DNA of 64,000 nt from contig CM052816.1 in the NCBI GenBank assembly GCA_028534125.1, forward strand, positions 79,858,001-79,922,000. The letters are read 5' to 3'. Of this stretch, positions 60,911 to 64,000 are shown in pieces. The first letter of the stretch is position 1, and each line of letters begins with the position of its first letter. The DNA comes from Lama glama. Its lineage: Eukaryota. The notes beneath the pieces were generated by a model that was not told where the DNA came from, did not search any database, and was given only the letters and a program-made list of their open reading frames with translations. The position numbers and the translations under genes are program-made.

Positions 60911-61505
60911 CTGGGGAAGTTTGAGGGTGGGTGGGTAAGAAGAAAAACATTAAGAAGGCATGTTTCTGTCAAAGGCCTTCCTAGGGTGGGCTCGGAGGGC
61001 AGTGTGGCTGTCATACGGTCTTCAGATCGGTTTCCCAACTTGACAGTGCATCAGAATTATCTGGAGTGCTCATAAAGAATATAGGTTCTTGGGTCACGAA
61101 TTATTGAGTTAAAAATCTCTAGAGGAATGGGGTCCAAGACTCTACATTTTGAATTAATCCCACAAGTGCTTCTTGAGCAGCCATTCTGGCCTCCGTCTGT
61201 GGACTCTGGAAATCACTGATACAGAAGGGGTGGAAGCTGAGTACCACACCCAACTCTACCACCAACGCCAGTGACCTTTCCAACCCACAACTTCTCTATC
61301 CTCCAGATGGAGAACAACAACAAAATTAAAGAAGCTGCCCCTTTATTAAACACATGGAGATCGTCCAGGAACAAACTAGGTTATGCTACAGAGTGCTAAG
61401 CTTTGAGCTTCTTGGACAAGGCGCTCTATAAAGACCAGGGCTTGTGGAAACAATTACTTCCATCTGGGGATTTTTCCAATCCAGGATGAAGCTAGTGACT
61501 GGTCA

Positions 61506-61508
<3 letters not shown>

Positions 61509-61541
<33 letters not shown>
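61509..61541. repeat. (CA)n microsatellite
   Basis: Direct reading. Confidence 0.9.
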
Positions 61542-61543
<2 letters not shown>

Positions 61544-64000
61544 ATCCAATTGCTAAATGCAGTGAGGCCCCTCTCTTAGAAGATGAAGAGAATGCCAAAC
61601 CCCCACTAGACAGAACCCAGGGGCATGTTTCCCCTCGTTTTCTAACTAAAAGATGGCATTCCTGGGCACTTCCTTGAACTGCTATTTGTCCAGTTAACAG
61701 AGGGAGACTAGAGAGAATTCAGTTTATAGAACTGTTTCTCATATCTAGTGATCCCTGATGGGAAAGGGAAGCCCTGGAGAAGAGAAAGGCCGGCAGAGAA
61801 CAAGGTACCCTAGGAGTTCTCCTCCAGTCTGGTGTTCACGGCTCGTGTCCACTTTCATTACTCCTCTCTGCACACCCAGGGTCTGGGAAACATACTCACC
61901 CCCGCCAAGTAGGCCCACCGTGCCCCTGACTCTCACCTCACACTCACGCCCTTAGCGTGCTCTCCCTTTGACCCTTAGAGCCTGGTTTCACAGGCTGGCT
62001 GCAGTCAGTGGCAGCAGAGATGCTTGGAAAGGATACCTGCAGCCCTCCTGTGTGCCAGGTGTGCAGGTCCTTCTTCAGGAGTTCAACAATGAGAACAGTT
62101 TCTCTGGAAGAGCCCTAAAAGTGACCCAGAAGCCAAGAGGTCTCTGTAGAATACTCAGAGATGCCTGCTCTACAGGTCTCCACTGAAGAGAAAAACGGAC
62201 TCTGGTGTGAGAGAGGGCTGCATCCTAAGTTCCCAGAGAACAGTGGTACTGACGTTGCACTGTGCCTCATAAGTCCCCTGTTAAATGCAGATTCCCGGGC
62301 CTCCAGTAGTACTGGCTCACAAGCTCTAAGGTGAGAACCAAGGATTCAGATTTATAGCACCCATCCTAGGTGATAGTGATGTAGGCCGTCTGAGGACCCC
62401 ACTTGGAGAAACACTGAATTAGTGACGTCTTTATACAGGAGGCGGGACTCATCTCCTTTCTGAAGAGTAGGTGGAGTTTTGACTGATGGAGAAGAATGGA
62501 AAATGAGTTTTCACTTGGAGTAAACAGCTGAAGGTCATAAAGACAGAATAAGCATGTGTGTGGGCGCACATGTGCCCATGTGCACTGGTGGGGTGGGCTG
62601 AGAGGTGGGTGTCAGAGTATTAGGGAAGGCGGTAAGACGACCAGGCTGACTGAAGGGGGGTTTCAACTGCAAGACATGTAAGGAAAATGGAGTCTTGGAT
62701 GCCAAGATGAGCAAGTTGGATTTGATCTGTTAGGTTAACAGGTTAGGTCAGGAAGAAGGCAGCAGCCACAAAAAAAAAACTCTACCAGCGATGGAAAGTG
62801 GAAATGGAAAGAGTCTTTTTATCAAATAGGTTGTTATCCACCACTGGGTGGGCCCTTGGGAGTGTGTCAACAAGGAGTACAGGAGACACAACATTGCAAA
62901 CTGACCATAACTCAATAGAAAAAAATAAATGAGGAGCACAGGAACCCCACTTAGATGCTTCTCCGGGTCTACAGGAATGAGAAAAGAAGGAAACTGGATG
63001 AGCTATTGAAAACCACCCCTGGGTCAGCACAGCACTGCTTCTGGGCTCCTGAATGGAAAACAAATCCAAAACTTGTTCTGAGGCTTTGCAAGTCTGCCCA
63101 CTCCCCCCACTCCCCATCTCTAGGGGCCCGTGCTGGTTGTGAAATCCCCAAGAGGAATACTTTTCCTCTAAACTCAGCAGCTAATTCATTCCATAGTGCT
63201 TTGCCTCCACTTGACCATGCCCCACACTGTGGTCCTTCTGATGAAAAAGCTGAGCTGGTGACCACTTAAGTAAACTGAACAAGGATCTTGACTTAAAATA
63301 GCTTAGTAAACTTTAAAGACAATCCTAAAGACAAAATGACTTCTTTACCCTTCCCAGAATCCACTCTGGTCTCCAAAGTGGAGTGCGTGTACTTCTACAG
63401 GTGTGCAGATACCATGAGGGTGTGGGGAAAAAATCAAAACCCCACTGCTCTAAAAAAATCGTTTTTGTTTTCTATTTTTATGAATATTTATAATATTTCA
63501 TAATATTTAATACTATTATATATAATTTATAATAAATGCATATTTATGTAGAGTGCTTAAAATTTTTTTAGTGATAAGGGAGCTAATTCTCAAGAATTTA
63601 GAAACCACTGCTCTGGACAAGTATTTTCCAACGTTTTCCAGTAAAAAAGAGCTCTTTTTATGTTTTAAAAAACTTCACTGTGTGATAATATTTTTGTAGC
63701 ATGAGAAAAAATCAAAGATGACAAAAAGTATGATGAATCAGAATCAGGAATACTCTGAAATGTACTTGCTTTTTATTAATTGCAAGAACACTCTCTTTTA
63801 TGTAAAAACAACACTCTGCCTATATGTATATGTACAAGACTTACTTTCTCTCTCTATGGAGGCTGCTCACAGATCAGTGATCTTGCTCCCTAACTCCAAG
63901 TTCCACCTCCCCAATTCCAATGTCTGCTCCGAGACCAAATCATTTTCCTTTACTTGCCCTTCCAAGGGCATCAGCCTTTTCCCTGCACCAACAGTGCAGC

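Overview
This is mammalian genomic DNA, not prokaryotic. It is probably from a camelid, inferred from four tRNA-derived SINEs of the Vic-1 type and matching L1 3' ends. The window holds the DNAJC21-BRIX1-RAD1-TTC23L cluster. DNAJC21 (minus strand, coding exons 1-5) runs off the left edge. BRIX1 is complete (minus, 10 exons, 353 aa) and sits head-to-head with a complete RAD1 (plus, 5 coding exons, 281 aa) across a CpG-island bidirectional promoter. The 3' part of TTC23L (minus, at least 7 coding exons) converges on RAD1. The rest is mostly intronic or intergenic DNA rich in L1, L2, MIR, MaLR/ERVL and Tigger/MER relics. Exon boundaries were read by hand from splice signals and frame continuity. 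I see no wholly new biological system. The best leads are: (1) a recent 285-bp tandem duplication of the 3' end of RAD1 exon 4 plus its splice donor, which could act as a poison exon; (2) an AT-AC U12-type intron in TTC23L with a competing U2 donor 27 nt inside it; (3) an apparent retroposed mRNA 3'UTR with three sense poly(A) signals in DNAJC21 intron 1; (4) extra C-terminal TTC23L coding exons; (5) an overlapping uORF on RAD1 and an open N-terminal extension frame on DNAJC21.
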